From the NCBI GenBank assembly GCA_937975685.1, contig CALJUG010000037.1, positions 64,963 to 128,962 on the forward strand: 64,000 nt of DNA, written 5' to 3'. Positions 47,635 through 57,866 of this stretch are shown here, piece after piece (position 1 is the first letter of the stretch; each line of letters opens with the position of its first letter). The notes beneath the pieces were generated by a model. The model was given only the letters and a program-made list of their open reading frames with translations, was not told the DNA's origin and did no database searches. The position numbers and the translations under genes are program-made. The DNA is from an uncultured bacterium (GTDB lineage Bacteria; Planctomycetota; Planctomycetia; Pirellulales; PALSA-1355).

Positions 47635-48741
47635 CTACTCCTTCGGGGTCACGGGTGCCGCGACGGCTGGACGTGCGTTCGCTTCGGGGGCGATGAGCAT
47701 GATCTTCACTGGTTCGCTCTCGCCCGCCGCGGCGGCATTGCTATCGCGCTCTTCGTCGGCCAGGGGGGCGGTGGGGGCGAGCTTGCGGTTGGGCATCGTC
47801 GCCAGCACGTCATCGACCTGCTGCTGATTCGTGAACAGATAGTACGTGGCCTGGTTCTGCTCCTGACCGGCGGATAGGGCACTCCGGCCGGCCTCAATCG
47901 CCGGGGCCGCCTCACGGGCTCTTGTCGCCTGGATTCCACTCTCGGGCAGGCGGACCCACTTGATCTTATTCTCATCCAGCAATTTTTCGAACGAGCGGTC
48001 CTGGATGAACTCCGGCGGCACCTCATACACCTGGCTGGCCGGCGTGCCGTACTGGTCGGTCGACATGCGCTTCAGTGCCTCCGGCATGCCATCGGCGCCC
48101 GATCGACTACTCGTGACCGATTTTCGGGCGCCCGACTGGCGCATTTGATCGGCGTCCACCGCAAAGCTCTCGCTTTGACCGAGTTGGTCGGCCGGCGGCG
48201 CGGGTTGGGCGCGCATCTCGAGCGATTCGGTCTCCGGCTCAACCGGAGCGATCTCGGCGCCCACGCCTGGCCGATCGGCTCCTCCGGCTCCCGCCTCGCC
48301 GCCCGCGACGCCCTGATCTTCTTGGAGGGGAGCCTCGACCTGGGCCAACTCGCGCTGGTCGCGAAAGCCCGCATCGAAGACGAGAATCGCCAGCGCCGCG
48401 GCCAGCGCCAGCGCCGGCCACACGACGCGTCGCCACGACGCACCGCGCTCCCACCACGACGCCATCGGTCCCCGCGGCGTCGGCTCGGAAGTCGCCTGTT
48501 TGGTGTCCGATCCCCGCAGCACCGATTGCTCGGCCTGGCGGAGCACCGCCGGTGCGAGGTCCTGCTCCAGCTTATGTTCGCCCAGCGACTGCATCGCCGT
48601 GCGCAACGCCGCTAACTCGTCGTGGAGCTGGCGCAGTTGCGAGTTCTCGGCGAGAAGCTGCTCGACTTCGGCGCGCTCCTCGGGTGACAACTCGTCGTCG
48701 AGATAGGCGCAGATCAGTTCTTCGCGGGTATCTTCAGCCAT
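47635..48741 (-). CDS. Anti-sigma factor (membrane-spanning) cognate to the upstream ECF sigma
   Basis: N-terminal 'EELICAYLDDELSPEERAEVEQLLAENSQLRQLHDEL' is typical of anti-sigma N-domains. A single TM 'WPALALAAALAILVF' follows. It is positioned directly after the ECF sigma gene. Confidence 0.6.
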   Translation of the reverse strand: MAEDTREELICAYLDDELSPEERAEVEQLLAENSQLRQLHDELAALRTAMQSLGEHKLEQDLAPAVLRQAEQSVLRGSDTKQATSEPTPRGPMASWWERGASWRRVVWPALALAAALAILVFDAGFRDQRELAQVEAPLQEDQGVAGGEAGAGGADRPGVGAEIAPVEPETESLEMRAQPAPPADQLGQSESFAVDADQMRQSGARKSVTSSRSGADGMPEALKRMSTDQYGTPASQVYEVPPEFIQDRSFEKLLDENKIKWVRLPESGIQATRAREAAPAIEAGRSALSAGQEQNQATYYLFTNQQQVDDVLATMPNRKLAPTAPLADEERDSNAAAAGESEPVKIMLIAPEANARPAVAAPVTPKE

Positions 48742-48781
48742 GGCAGTTCGGGCCGCACGTTGTCGTCGGCCCTTGGTAAGT

Positions 48782-49345
48782 TTACTTCACGTCTTCCTGC
48801 AGGATGTCCTTCAGTTGGTCGCGCAATTGCAGACGCGCCCGGTGCAGGCGGCTGCGAATCGTGCCGACCGGCAACTCCAGTACCTCGGCGATCTGTTCGT
48901 ACCGGCAGCCCTCAATTTCGCGCAGCACGAGAATCGAACGGTGCTCATCCGACAAACGGTCCAGGGCGGCCCGCACCTGGCAGGCGCGTTCTTGTTGCTC
49001 CATGCGGGACTCCGGCGGCGGGTCGCGATCGAGCGGTTCGTGGCCGAGCGCTTCGCGGGTGTGCTCGACCGAGACGGTGGGTTTCTCGCGGCGGCGGCGG
49101 CTCACCGCCAGGTTGAATGCGATACGGTAGAGCCAGGTGTAAAAGGCGCTCGCCCGCTCGAACGTGTTCAGCTTGACGTAGGCCTGCACAAAGGCGTCCT
49201 GCACGACGTCCGAGGCCGTGTCGGCCGATCCGACGACGTGCACCAGCGTGTTGTACAACCGGTCCTGATACTTCGTGACCAATTGGCCGAACGCCGCGCT
49301 GTTGCCCGCCAAAGCTTCGTCGATGAGCAGGGCGTCGTCTTTCAC
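48782..49345 (-). CDS. ECF (RpoE-type) sigma-70 family sigma factor
   Basis: Region 2 'DVVQDAFVQAYVKLNTFERASAFYTWLYRIAFNLAV' and region 4 'HRSILVLREIEGCRYEQIAEVLELPVGTIRSRLHRAR'. Confidence 0.85.
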   Translation of the reverse strand: MKDDALLIDEALAGNSAAFGQLVTKYQDRLYNTLVHVVGSADTASDVVQDAFVQAYVKLNTFERASAFYTWLYRIAFNLAVSRRRREKPTVSVEHTREALGHEPLDRDPPPESRMEQQERACQVRAALDRLSDEHRSILVLREIEGCRYEQIAEVLELPVGTIRSRLHRARLQLRDQLKDILQEDVK

Positions 49346-49521
49346 AGCCGCTCTACAACCTTAGACGCGGGGGCCAAGCGGAAAGTTCCCGGCGGAATGG
49401 AGTCTTCCTTGGCCCGAAAAAGCCGAGAAATCGCACGCCGCCTCGCCTGTATTGTCGAAGCAGCGCCGAGGCGTGTCAAACCGAGTGGCTGCCCCCCGCT
49501 GCCGATGGCTCGACGTGAGAG

Positions 49522-50832
49522 CTATGCCGCCGCGGCCAGGCCCTTGGGCCAGGCGATCGTGGCCTTCGGCTTACGCAGCAGGTGGATCCACATGGCGATC
49601 CCCAGCAGGCAGATGCCGATGCTGATGATCTGCGAAATGCTCCAGGGCGTGCCGAACCGGGCGGGCTCGTCGATGCGAATCTCCTCGAGCAGGTAGCGCG
49701 AGATCGGATGCAGCGTCAGCACCAGCGCCGTCAACTCGCCGTCGCGCCGCTTGAACGGCTCGTAGGCCAGCACCAGCAAACACAACAGCAGGGCATCGAT
49801 GAAGCTGTAGAGCTGTGCCGGATGCACGGGTTTGCTCCATGGCGGCGGACTGGCGACGGTCCATTCCTTGGGCGCGCGCTCGCCATCGATGGCGATGCGT
49901 ACGTGTTGGCCTTCGCCAAACGTGCGGAGCAATTCCATCTGGGCCTCGTGCACCGTGCGAACCTTAACGCCGCCCACGGCCGCCACGCGCTGTCCGACCT
50001 CGAGTCCGTTGCGCTGGGCCGCCGAATTCGGCTCGACCTTGGCGATCACGGGCGGGTCGTCGCCGTACCCCTTGAACAGCAGCCCGTGCAGGTAAAGGTT
50101 GCCGCGTTCGATTTGGTCGGTGTAGACGGGCACCTTTGCTCCCGGCGGAAACTGCACGGCCCAGGGCACGTCGGTCAGGTCGCCGTAGCAGCAACCGTTC
50201 ATGAAGCAGCCCAGCCGTCCCAGCCCCACGCCGAGCACGACGCCCGGCGCGATCAGGTCCGAGAGTGCCAGGCCCGGCAAGCGATGCTTGTGGATGAACA
50301 ACAACAGCGCCGCTCCCCCGGCCAGCAGGGCGCCATAGACTACCAGTCCCCCGTCGGTCAGGTTGACGATCGCCGCCAGCGTGGGCACTAGTTCGGGGTT
50401 CTGGGGATTGGGCCTGAGGAATCGGTTCCAGTATTGAATGACGTAGAACAGCCGCGCCCCGGCGATGCCCCACACGAAGAACCAGGTGCCCAGCGAGAGA
50501 ATCACTTCCGGATCGAGCCCGACGCGGCGGGCGCGATAGGTCGACAGTCCGATGCCCGACACCACGGCCACGAGCAGCATCACGCCGTAGCCCCGAATGG
50601 CCAGCCCGCCCAATTCTTCGTCGACCACGCCGGGCAGGATGAAGATGATCGCCAGCGCCACGATCAGCGTGGCGCCGATCTGCCCGCGCGTTTCGCCGCC
50701 CCAACCGTGTTGCCTGACCGACCAGCCGATGAGCACGGCCGACACGAGCACCCACGCGCCCAGCAGCCAGCCGACGCCGAACATGCTGATGCCGGCAATC
50801 TGCTCGGGAATGACGAACAAGGTCTGGCACAT
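49522..50832 (-). CDS. lgt: Prolipoprotein diacylglyceryl transferase with an inserted PDZ domain
   Basis: Lgt signature regions 'GWLLGAWVL', 'GARLFYVIQYW', 'LGRLGCFMNGCCYG' and 'QLYSFIDALLL' are present. A PDZ-like insert 'PPVIAKVEPNSAAQRNGLEVGQRVAAVGGVKVRTVHEAQMEL' lies between TM segments. Confidence 0.8.
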   Translation of the reverse strand: MCQTLFVIPEQIAGISMFGVGWLLGAWVLVSAVLIGWSVRQHGWGGETRGQIGATLIVALAIIFILPGVVDEELGGLAIRGYGVMLLVAVVSGIGLSTYRARRVGLDPEVILSLGTWFFVWGIAGARLFYVIQYWNRFLRPNPQNPELVPTLAAIVNLTDGGLVVYGALLAGGAALLLFIHKHRLPGLALSDLIAPGVVLGVGLGRLGCFMNGCCYGDLTDVPWAVQFPPGAKVPVYTDQIERGNLYLHGLLFKGYGDDPPVIAKVEPNSAAQRNGLEVGQRVAAVGGVKVRTVHEAQMELLRTFGEGQHVRIAIDGERAPKEWTVASPPPWSKPVHPAQLYSFIDALLLCLLVLAYEPFKRRDGELTALVLTLHPISRYLLEEIRIDEPARFGTPWSISQIISIGICLLGIAMWIHLLRKPKATIAWPKGLAAAA

Positions 50833-50871
50833 GGTAGTCTGGCTTCCCTTCGCTTTCGCACCAAGAAAGAA

Positions 50872-51747
50872 CTACGACGGTCCTTCGAGTAGTTCGTTGT
50901 CGATCAATCGCGTCTGGCCCACGCGGGCGGCGACCAGCGCCACGGCGGGGCCGTCGAGCTTTTCTAAAGGCCTCAGCGTGTCGCGATCGCAGATGGCGAC
51001 GTAGTCGATCTCGACGTCGGCAGCCGCGAGCTTCTCGCGCATGGCCGTCACGATCGCGGCCACGTCCGCCTGGCCATCGGAGACCATTTGTCGGGCCGTG
51101 ACCAGGCTCTGCGAGAGGGAGAGTGCGCGGCCCCGCTCCGACTGGGAGAGGAAAACGTTGCGCGAGCTCTTGGCCAACCCGTCCGGTTCGCGCACCAGCG
51201 GGCAAACGACGATCTTGATCGGCAGATCCAGGTCGGCGACCATCCGCCGCACCACCAGCGACTGCTGGAAGTCCTTGCGCCCGAAGTACGCCCGCTCGGG
51301 CTGCACCAGGTTGAACAGCTTGAGCACGATCGTGGCCACGCCGCGAAAGTGCCCGGGGCGGGAGTCGCCTTCGAGCGTCTCGGCCGGACCGGTCATCTCG
51401 ACGTACGTACAATGCCGGTCGCGGTACATCGCCTCGGTTTGCGGTGCGAAGACCACGTCGGCGCCGTGCGCCGCCAGCAACTGGAGATCGCTCTGCAGAT
51501 CGCGCGGATAGCGCGCGAAGTCTTCGTGCGGCCCAAACTGCGTGGGGTTCACGAAGATGGTGACGACCACCAGCCCGCATTCGCGGCGGCATGCGTCGAC
51601 CAGGCTCAAGTGCCCTTCGTGCAGCGCCCCCATCGTCGGCACGAGGCCGACGTTGAGACCCGCTTCGCGTGCGCTGGCGAGGCGCTGGCGCAGTTGTGCG
51701 ACGTCGTCGATCAATTGGGGTCGTGTGCTGCTTCGAGCCGTAGTCAT
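50872..51747 (-). CDS. panC: Pantoate--beta-alanine ligase
   Basis: 'LVPTMGALHEGHLSLV' (HIGH-like motif), 'VVTIFVNPTQFGP' and 'YFGRKDFQQ'. Confidence 0.9.
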   Translation of the reverse strand: MTTARSSTRPQLIDDVAQLRQRLASAREAGLNVGLVPTMGALHEGHLSLVDACRRECGLVVVTIFVNPTQFGPHEDFARYPRDLQSDLQLLAAHGADVVFAPQTEAMYRDRHCTYVEMTGPAETLEGDSRPGHFRGVATIVLKLFNLVQPERAYFGRKDFQQSLVVRRMVADLDLPIKIVVCPLVREPDGLAKSSRNVFLSQSERGRALSLSQSLVTARQMVSDGQADVAAIVTAMREKLAAADVEIDYVAICDRDTLRPLEKLDGPAVALVAARVGQTRLIDNELLEGPS

Positions 51748-51783
51748 GATTTCGTGCCCGCAAACGAGTGGACGGCGGGGCTG

Positions 51784-52788
51784 TTATTGCATGGCGGCGA
51801 TGGCGGCCGTCAACTCTTCGAGTCGCTCCGGCGTTTTCTCGCGGCCGGCAAACAGCACGGGCCCCTTGTCGACGGCCTGCCGCAGGAGCTCTCGCCGGAG
51901 GATGTTCTCATCCGTGCGTTGCCAATCGCCGGGGGCCGACGCGGTGGGCATGGCTTGCCAATCGTCGAGCACGACCAGAAGTTTCGGCTGCACGACCGCC
52001 TCGCGCGCCTGAGCCCAGGTTCGATGAAACCGCCGGTAGTCGGCCTCTTCAAGAGCCACGCGGGCGTAGGCCAGACACTGATCGAAGAAAAAGTCGCTGA
52101 TGGCCACCCGTCCGCGCCCCGCCTCCAGGCCAGCAGCCGCCAGAGTGGGGGCACGGTCGAGGAATTGTATCTGCCGCTGTAGCTCGTGGCCAGACGGATC
52201 TGCCCCCGTGCGGCTCGCCTCAATGGGATCGGGCACGTAGTTTCCGCCCACGGCCGCCGCGGCGGCGCGTGCCAACTCGGTCTTTCCCGCCGCGGGTGGG
52301 CCGAGCAGTGCCACGTAGTTGGCCGCCGTCTGCAAATGTGCCAGCAGCCGGCCGATCGTCCAGCGCGTGAGCGGATGCACCCAATCGGCGGCAATCTGGG
52401 CGGCGGGCTCCAGCACGAAGCGCCGGAACGTCATCCGCGGATGCGGAATCTCGAGCCCCGGCGTGTGCAAAACTTGTTCGTCGTAGAGCAGCACGTCGAG
52501 GTCGATCGCGCGCGGTCCCCAACGCTCGGCGCGCTGGCGGCCCAAGTCGCTTTCCACGCGCAGCAGCAACTCGAGCAGTTGCTGCGGCGAAAGCGTCGTG
52601 TCGAAACGCACGGCCGCGTTGAGAAACGCCGGCTGATCCGAGGGACCGCCCACCGGCGCCGTCTCGTGAAAGCCGCTCGAGGCTAGTGCCCCGATCGAGG
52701 GATCGGCCGCGAGGAGCTCGATGGCACGGGTGAGGGTCTGTTTTCGGTCGCCGAGGTTGGCCCCACAGGCGATCAGCGTGCGCGGCAT
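51784..52788 (-). CDS. folK: Fusion: 6-hydroxymethyl-7,8-dihydropterin pyrophosphokinase (FolK/HPPK) N-terminal domain joined to a P-loop (deoxynucleoside-kinase-like) kinase domain
   Basis: HPPK motifs 'IACGANLGDR', 'HETAPVGGP', 'ERWGPRAIDLDVLLYDE' and 'IPHPRM', then Walker A 'LLGPPAAGKTELA' and 'DFFFDQCLAYAR', resembling dNK/dCK-family kinases. It is co-directional with and 36 bp upstream of panC. Confidence 0.7.
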   Translation of the reverse strand: MPRTLIACGANLGDRKQTLTRAIELLAADPSIGALASSGFHETAPVGGPSDQPAFLNAAVRFDTTLSPQQLLELLLRVESDLGRQRAERWGPRAIDLDVLLYDEQVLHTPGLEIPHPRMTFRRFVLEPAAQIAADWVHPLTRWTIGRLLAHLQTAANYVALLGPPAAGKTELARAAAAAVGGNYVPDPIEASRTGADPSGHELQRQIQFLDRAPTLAAAGLEAGRGRVAISDFFFDQCLAYARVALEEADYRRFHRTWAQAREAVVQPKLLVVLDDWQAMPTASAPGDWQRTDENILRRELLRQAVDKGPVLFAGREKTPERLEELTAAIAAMQ

Positions 52789-53644
52789 GACGGAAGCACG
52801 AGCGGAAGGAAAGAATCGGCGTCACGCACCCATTGTAGGCGAACCGCGAGAGCCGCGGCGGCGTAAAATGAGCAGAGAAGCTTTGTTCGAGCGCGAATGC
52901 TCGTGCGTGAGCGTTTAGCGGGGCATGAACGATTCGGAGCGGAGAAGCCGTCCGCAGCGACGTGACGTCGCCGGGGCGGAAGTGCAAAAACCTAGGGGGG
53001 GTCTCCGTACCACGACCTGGGGCCGCCGACTATCGATCCGTGCAGTCGCCGCCCCCCAAGCTGCTTTGTCAACGATCATCTGCCGTGCGCTCTCGCGCTC
53101 GGCTACTTCGCGACGACAAGGAGAGCGACTCGATTCGACGACTCGTGTCCCGGTTGCTCGTGCTTCGCATGCGCGCACGGCGATCGGTCGATTGACTCGA
53201 ACGACGAGCCCGCTGTTCTATCAAAAGCCGCCGGGTCGGACCGCCCGATCGGCCAAAGCACCGAGAAACGATGCAACAAATCGATACTCAGTAGTCGCCA
53301 CCTTCAAACGAAGACAAAGTGTTGCGTTCGCGGCCAAGATTGTCAAGCAACTTGACGCGAGCTTTTTTTCATCACGCGATTCCTACTTGCAAAAAGGCCG
53401 CCATGCGTTCCCAAAGCGTGCATGCAAGCGCCGCTCTTGCAACGCGAGCGTCATTCGCCTAAGCGGATTTCCGAACGCCAAGCGCGCGCCGCGATCGCAT
53501 AGCGGCAACTTTCTCGCTCGTTTCTTGCGCCGCCGATCGAAAGGCGCCTTGTCGCCCGCATGCTGCATACTTGAATAGGCCGAGAAACGTCGCATACGAT
53601 GAAGACTTGGCCCTCGGGCGCGCATCCGTGAGTGAGTTGGCTTC

Positions 53645-54490
53645 GTGAACTACGACAACCTTACCGACGACCAGCACGACAAGCTGCGAAACAAGCTACT
53701 CGATTGGCAGCGCGCCGCCGGTGATGCCGACGATCCGGTCGCATTTCTCGAGCAATTGCTCGGCACCAGCGTCTGCCGGCGATTGGGCATCTATCGCTTG
53801 CCCGAAAACTTCCTGCTTTCGGTCGTTGTGCCCGTTTACAACGAAGAGCGCACGATCGAAGAAGTCATTCGCCGCGTGCGCTCCTCGGGCGTTCCCTGCG
53901 AGCTGATCCTCGTCGACGACGGCAGCACCGACGGCACCCGGGCGCTACTGGAAAACTACCGCCACGATGCCGACGTGCGGCTGGTGCTGCACGATAGCAA
54001 CCTTGGGAAGGGCGCCGCCTTGCGCGGCGGGTTCATGGAGGCCTCGGGCGACGTGGTCGTCGTGCAGGATGCCGATCTCGAGTACGACCCGGCCGAGTTT
54101 CTGAGGCTATTGCAGCCGATCGTGGAAAACCAGGCCGACGTCGTGTTCGGCAGCCGCTTCACCGGCGGCAGCCATCGCGTGCTGTACTTCTGGCACTCAG
54201 CCGGCAATCGCTTCCTGACGCTGCTCTCGAACCTGATGACGAATTTGAACCTCACCGACATCGAGACCTGCTACAAGATGTTCCGCCGCGAGTTGATTCA
54301 GAAGATTGCGCCGACGCTGCGCGAGAATCGCTTCGGCATCGAGCCCGAGCTCACCGCCAAGCTGGCCCGCGTGCCCGGCGTGCGCATCTACGAACGGCCG
54401 ATCAGCTATTCAGGCCGCACCTACGCCCAAGGCAAGAAGATCGGCTGGCGCGACGGCTTCCGCGCGCTGTGGTGCATCCTGCGCTACTAG
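53645..54490 (+). CDS. Family 2 glycosyltransferase (dolichyl-phosphate mannose synthase-like)
   Basis: '[18 protein letters not shown]', '[13 protein letters not shown]', '[12 protein letters not shown]'. Confidence 0.8.
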   Translation: MNYDNLTDDQHDKLRNKLLDWQRAAGDADDPVAFLEQLLGTSVCRRLGIYRLPENFLLSVVVPVYNEERTIEEVIRRVRSSGVPCELILVDDGSTDGTRALLENYRHDADVRLVLHDSNLGKGAALRGGFMEASGDVVVVQDADLEYDPAEFLRLLQPIVENQADVVFGSRFTGGSHRVLYFWHSAGNRFLTLLSNLMTNLNLTDIETCYKMFRRELIQKIAPTLRENRFGIEPELTAKLARVPGVRIYERPISYSGRTYAQGKKIGWRDGFRALWCILRY

Positions 54491-54521
54491 CCGTCAAATC
54501 CCATTCCCGCCGCCAAACTAG

Positions 54522-54589
54522 CCCGAAGCGCAAGCGAGGGTTGCGCGTGGGTCTAATACCCTCGCTCGCGCTTCGGGCTGGTGTTTTGC
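54522..54589 (+). terminator. Rho-independent terminator after the GT2 gene
   Basis: A 19-bp stem 'cccgaagcgcaagcgaggg'/'ccctcgctcgcgcttcggg' (18 of 19 paired) with an 18-nt loop, followed by 'ctggtgttttgc'. Confidence 0.55.
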
Positions 54590-54680
54590 AAGAGCGTTTC
54601 GCGGAGGGATGCTTCTCGGGCTGGCGCTGACGGAGTGGGCCGCGCCGATATAATTCAGCATCGCCCCGGCGAAGACACCG

Positions 54681-55817
54681 TTGTCCTCAAGCTCTGCGAG
54701 GTTGCACGTGATCGTTGGAGTTCCCAAGGAAATCAAGCGCGACGAGTACCGTGTGGCGATGTTGCCCGTGGGCGTCGAGGAACTGACCCGGGCCGGACAC
54801 AGGGTGCTGGTCGAGCAGGGCGCCGGGCTGGGCTCGGGGCTGGCCGATCACGAGTACCTCGAGCACGGAGCCGAAATGGTCGCCACGGCCCAAGAGGTTT
54901 TCGCCACGGCTGACATGATCATGAAGGTAAAGGAGCCGCTGGAGAGTGAATGGCCCCTGCTGCGAAGCGGCCAGATCGTGTTCACCTATTTTCACTTCGC
55001 CGCCGATCGCAAGCTCACCGAAGCCGTGCTCGCCAGCGGCGCCACGGCCGTGGCCTACGAAACGCTCCGCGATGCCCACGGGCGGCTGCCGCTGCTGACG
55101 CCCATGAGCGAGGTGGCCGGGCGGATGAGCGTGCAGGAAGGGGCCAAGTATCTTGAGCGCCCGCAAATGGGCCGCGGCATTCTCCTGGGCGGCGTGCCCG
55201 GAGTGGCTCCGGCACACATCACGATCCTGGGCGGCGGCATCGTCGGCGCCAATGCTGCCAAGGTGGCCGCCGGGTTCGGGGCCGATATCGGACTGCTCGA
55301 CGTGAACATGGACCGGCTGCGCTATCTCGACGACATCATGCCCGCCAACGTCGACGTGCTGTTCAGCGACCGCCACACGATCCGCGAGCAACTCGAACGG
55401 GCCGACCTGGTGATCGGTTCGGTGTTGATTCCCGGCGCCAAGGCTCCGCGGCTGATCGAGCGCAAAGACCTGGCGCGCATGAAGCCCGGCAGCGTGATCA
55501 TCGACGTGGCGATCGACCAGGGCGGCTGCGTCGAGACGAGCCGTCCCACCACGCACAGCGAGCCGACCTACATGGTCGACGACGTGCTGCACTACTGCGT
55601 CACCAACATGCCCGGCGCCGTCGGCCGCACCAGCACCTACGCGCTGTGCAACGTCACGCTCCCCTGGGCCCTGAAGATCGCCGCCGCGGGGATCGAAAAG
55701 GCCGCCGCCGCATCGCCCCCGGTGGCCTCGGCCATCAACATCATGGCCGGCGAAGTGACCAACCAAGCGGTGGCCAAGACGTTTGATCTGCCCTGCAGCA
55801 AACGCTTCGGTGCGTGA
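54681..55817 (+). CDS. ald: Alanine dehydrogenase
   Basis: 'VGVPKEIKRDEYRVAMLP', the NAD-binding 'ILGGGIVGANAA', and full-length AlaDH/PNT-family similarity. The true start is probably the GTG at about 54708 (..HVIVGVPKEIK). The track ORF starts on TTG at 54681. Confidence 0.85.
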   Translation: MSSSSARLHVIVGVPKEIKRDEYRVAMLPVGVEELTRAGHRVLVEQGAGLGSGLADHEYLEHGAEMVATAQEVFATADMIMKVKEPLESEWPLLRSGQIVFTYFHFAADRKLTEAVLASGATAVAYETLRDAHGRLPLLTPMSEVAGRMSVQEGAKYLERPQMGRGILLGGVPGVAPAHITILGGGIVGANAAKVAAGFGADIGLLDVNMDRLRYLDDIMPANVDVLFSDRHTIREQLERADLVIGSVLIPGAKAPRLIERKDLARMKPGSVIIDVAIDQGGCVETSRPTTHSEPTYMVDDVLHYCVTNMPGAVGRTSTYALCNVTLPWALKIAAAGIEKAAAASPPVASAINIMAGEVTNQAVAKTFDLPCSKRFGA

Positions 55818-55833
55818 AGCCGCGGAACGGCGG

Positions 55834-56574
55834 CTACGCTTCGTCCTGCCAGGGATCGCCTGCTTCACTTGTTGTAGTTCGTCGCTCGACTCGCCGACGC
55901 TCGAGGTAGTCACTTAGTAGGGACAGGCCCAGCAGTGCTGTGATGGCGAACCACACGGCGAACACGGCGTCGGGCCGAACGTCTCCAGCACCCCCATGCC
56001 AGAAGTGAAGAATCGGCTCCTCCGTAAACAAGGAGAGAACAAAGTCTAGGAAGGATACTACCCCGCATCCAAATAAGTAGATGGGCATCACTACCACCTG
56101 GACGGACGGGACCTCGACGTAGCTCACCAGCGTCGTGTTCGCGATTCGTACGCCTGGGGGAAAGAACAAGATAGACACACACACCAGACCGGCGAGAATC
56201 GTCATCCACGTGCGAGCGCGAACTCGGTCCTCACTCGCTAGAGTGAAGTACCAGCAAACGATCACCAGCGCTAACGTCAAGAAGATGGCCGTGACGATGA
56301 GACCCTCGATGACGAGATGCGACGCAACTGCCGCAAGCAGCATTACGATTCCTACGGCGATCACCACGCCAATCGCGATGCGGCCTTTGGGGTCCGAAAT
56401 GTGCGGCGGGGGCAACAATCCAATCAAGGCGATCGCGACAATCAGCACCGGGAGGAAGATGATTCCTTCACCCCTCTGCCCTCCTGCAAGCAGGATGAAC
56501 GCGAATCCCATCAGGAGAAACAGCAGAACTCCGCGCTGAGTACGCCAGTCGGGTTGCGGTGCCGGCTGTTGCAC
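55834..56574 (-). CDS. Hypothetical polytopic membrane protein (about 6 TM) of lower GC than its neighbours
   Basis: A hydrophobic helix pattern. The locus GC looks about 10 points below the flanking genes. Confidence 0.35.
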   Translation of the reverse strand: MQQPAPQPDWRTQRGVLLFLLMGFAFILLAGGQRGEGIIFLPVLIVAIALIGLLPPPHISDPKGRIAIGVVIAVGIVMLLAAVASHLVIEGLIVTAIFLTLALVIVCWYFTLASEDRVRARTWMTILAGLVCVSILFFPPGVRIANTTLVSYVEVPSVQVVVMPIYLFGCGVVSFLDFVLSLFTEEPILHFWHGGAGDVRPDAVFAVWFAITALLGLSLLSDYLERRRVERRTTTSEAGDPWQDEA

Positions 56575-56783
56575 GATGGGCTGCCCTCTGAGGGGGCGCG
56601 GTTCGACGTGTGAATGCCGCGCGGTGCCATAGGCGTATCCACGATCGCGGATCGCACGGGTTCACCTATTGTAGCGGCATTCGCCGATGGGTGTCCGCCA
56701 CGGCCACGATGGGAAAAGCATTCCACCAGATGCTATAGTGGACCCGCGTCCCGCCCGCCCCCGCCGCGCCAGGAGAACCCGCC

Positions 56784-57857
56784 ATGCCCGATCGACGCGA
56801 CGTGTTGAAACAGTTCGGTGCCGCGGCCGGATTGGCGGCAGGTGCCGTGGCCCGCGCGGCCGAAGGCGGCGCGAAGAAACAGCGCATCAAGATCGGCCAG
56901 ATCGGCGTAGGGCACGCGCACGCCAGCAAGCTCTCGGCCTACCGCGCTTCGGACGACTACGAAGTGGTCGGCCTGGTCGAGCCCGATGCGGAGTTGCGTG
57001 CCAAGGCCGAGCAGGACGAAGCCTTCCGCGGTCTGCCGTTGATGACCCGGGAGCAGTTACTCAATACGCCGGGGCTCCAGGCCGTGTTGGTCGAAACGCG
57101 CGTGCGTAATCTGCTCGATACGGCCGAGACGTGCATCGCGGCGGGCAAGCACATCCACTTGGACAAGCCGGCCGGCGAATCGCTTCCGCAGTTCAAGCGC
57201 ATTCTCGACTCGGCGGCGAGCCAGCAGTTGCTCGTGCAGATGGGCTACATGTATCGCTACAACCCGGCCGTGGTGATGCTGCGCGATTTTCTCAAACGCG
57301 GCTGGCTGGGCGAGCCGTTCGAAGTGCACACGGTGATGAGCAAAGTGGTTTCCCCCGGCAGCCGCCGCGGTCTGGCCGAATATCCCGGCGGCATCATGTT
57401 CGAATTGGGTTGCCACATCACCGATCTGGTGGTCGGTGCGCTGGGAGCGCCCCAGAAAGTTACGCCCTACATCCGGCACTCCGCCGACATCGACGACAAC
57501 CTGGCCGACAACATGCTGGCCGTTCTCGAATACCCACGAGCGATCGCCACGGTGAAGTCGAGCGCCGAAGAGGTCGAGGGTTTTGACCGGCGACACTTCG
57601 TGCTGTGCGGCACCGAAGGCACGTTCCACATCCAGCCGCTCGATAACCCGTCGGCCCGAGTGGCCTTGTCGCGCAAGCGCGGCAGCTACCAGCGCGGCTA
57701 CCAGGACATCCAGTTTCCTAAGTACACGCGCTACGTGGCCGACGCGGCCGACATGGCGCGGATCATTCGCGGCGAAAAGCCGGCCGACTTCCCCTACGAA
57801 CACGATTTGAACGTGCAGACCGCGCTGTTGGCAGCCTGCGGTTTGCCCGCGGAGTAA
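56784..57857 (+). CDS. Gfo/Idh/MocA-family oxidoreductase with a Tat-type signal
   Basis: Tat-like 'RRDVLKQFGAAAGLAAGAV', then the Rossmann motif 'IKIGQIGVGHAHA'. Confidence 0.75.
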   Translation: MPDRRDVLKQFGAAAGLAAGAVARAAEGGAKKQRIKIGQIGVGHAHASKLSAYRASDDYEVVGLVEPDAELRAKAEQDEAFRGLPLMTREQLLNTPGLQAVLVETRVRNLLDTAETCIAAGKHIHLDKPAGESLPQFKRILDSAASQQLLVQMGYMYRYNPAVVMLRDFLKRGWLGEPFEVHTVMSKVVSPGSRRGLAEYPGGIMFELGCHITDLVVGALGAPQKVTPYIRHSADIDDNLADNMLAVLEYPRAIATVKSSAEEVEGFDRRHFVLCGTEGTFHIQPLDNPSARVALSRKRGSYQRGYQDIQFPKYTRYVADAADMARIIRGEKPADFPYEHDLNVQTALLAACGLPAE

Positions 57858-57866
57858 CCAAAAGCC

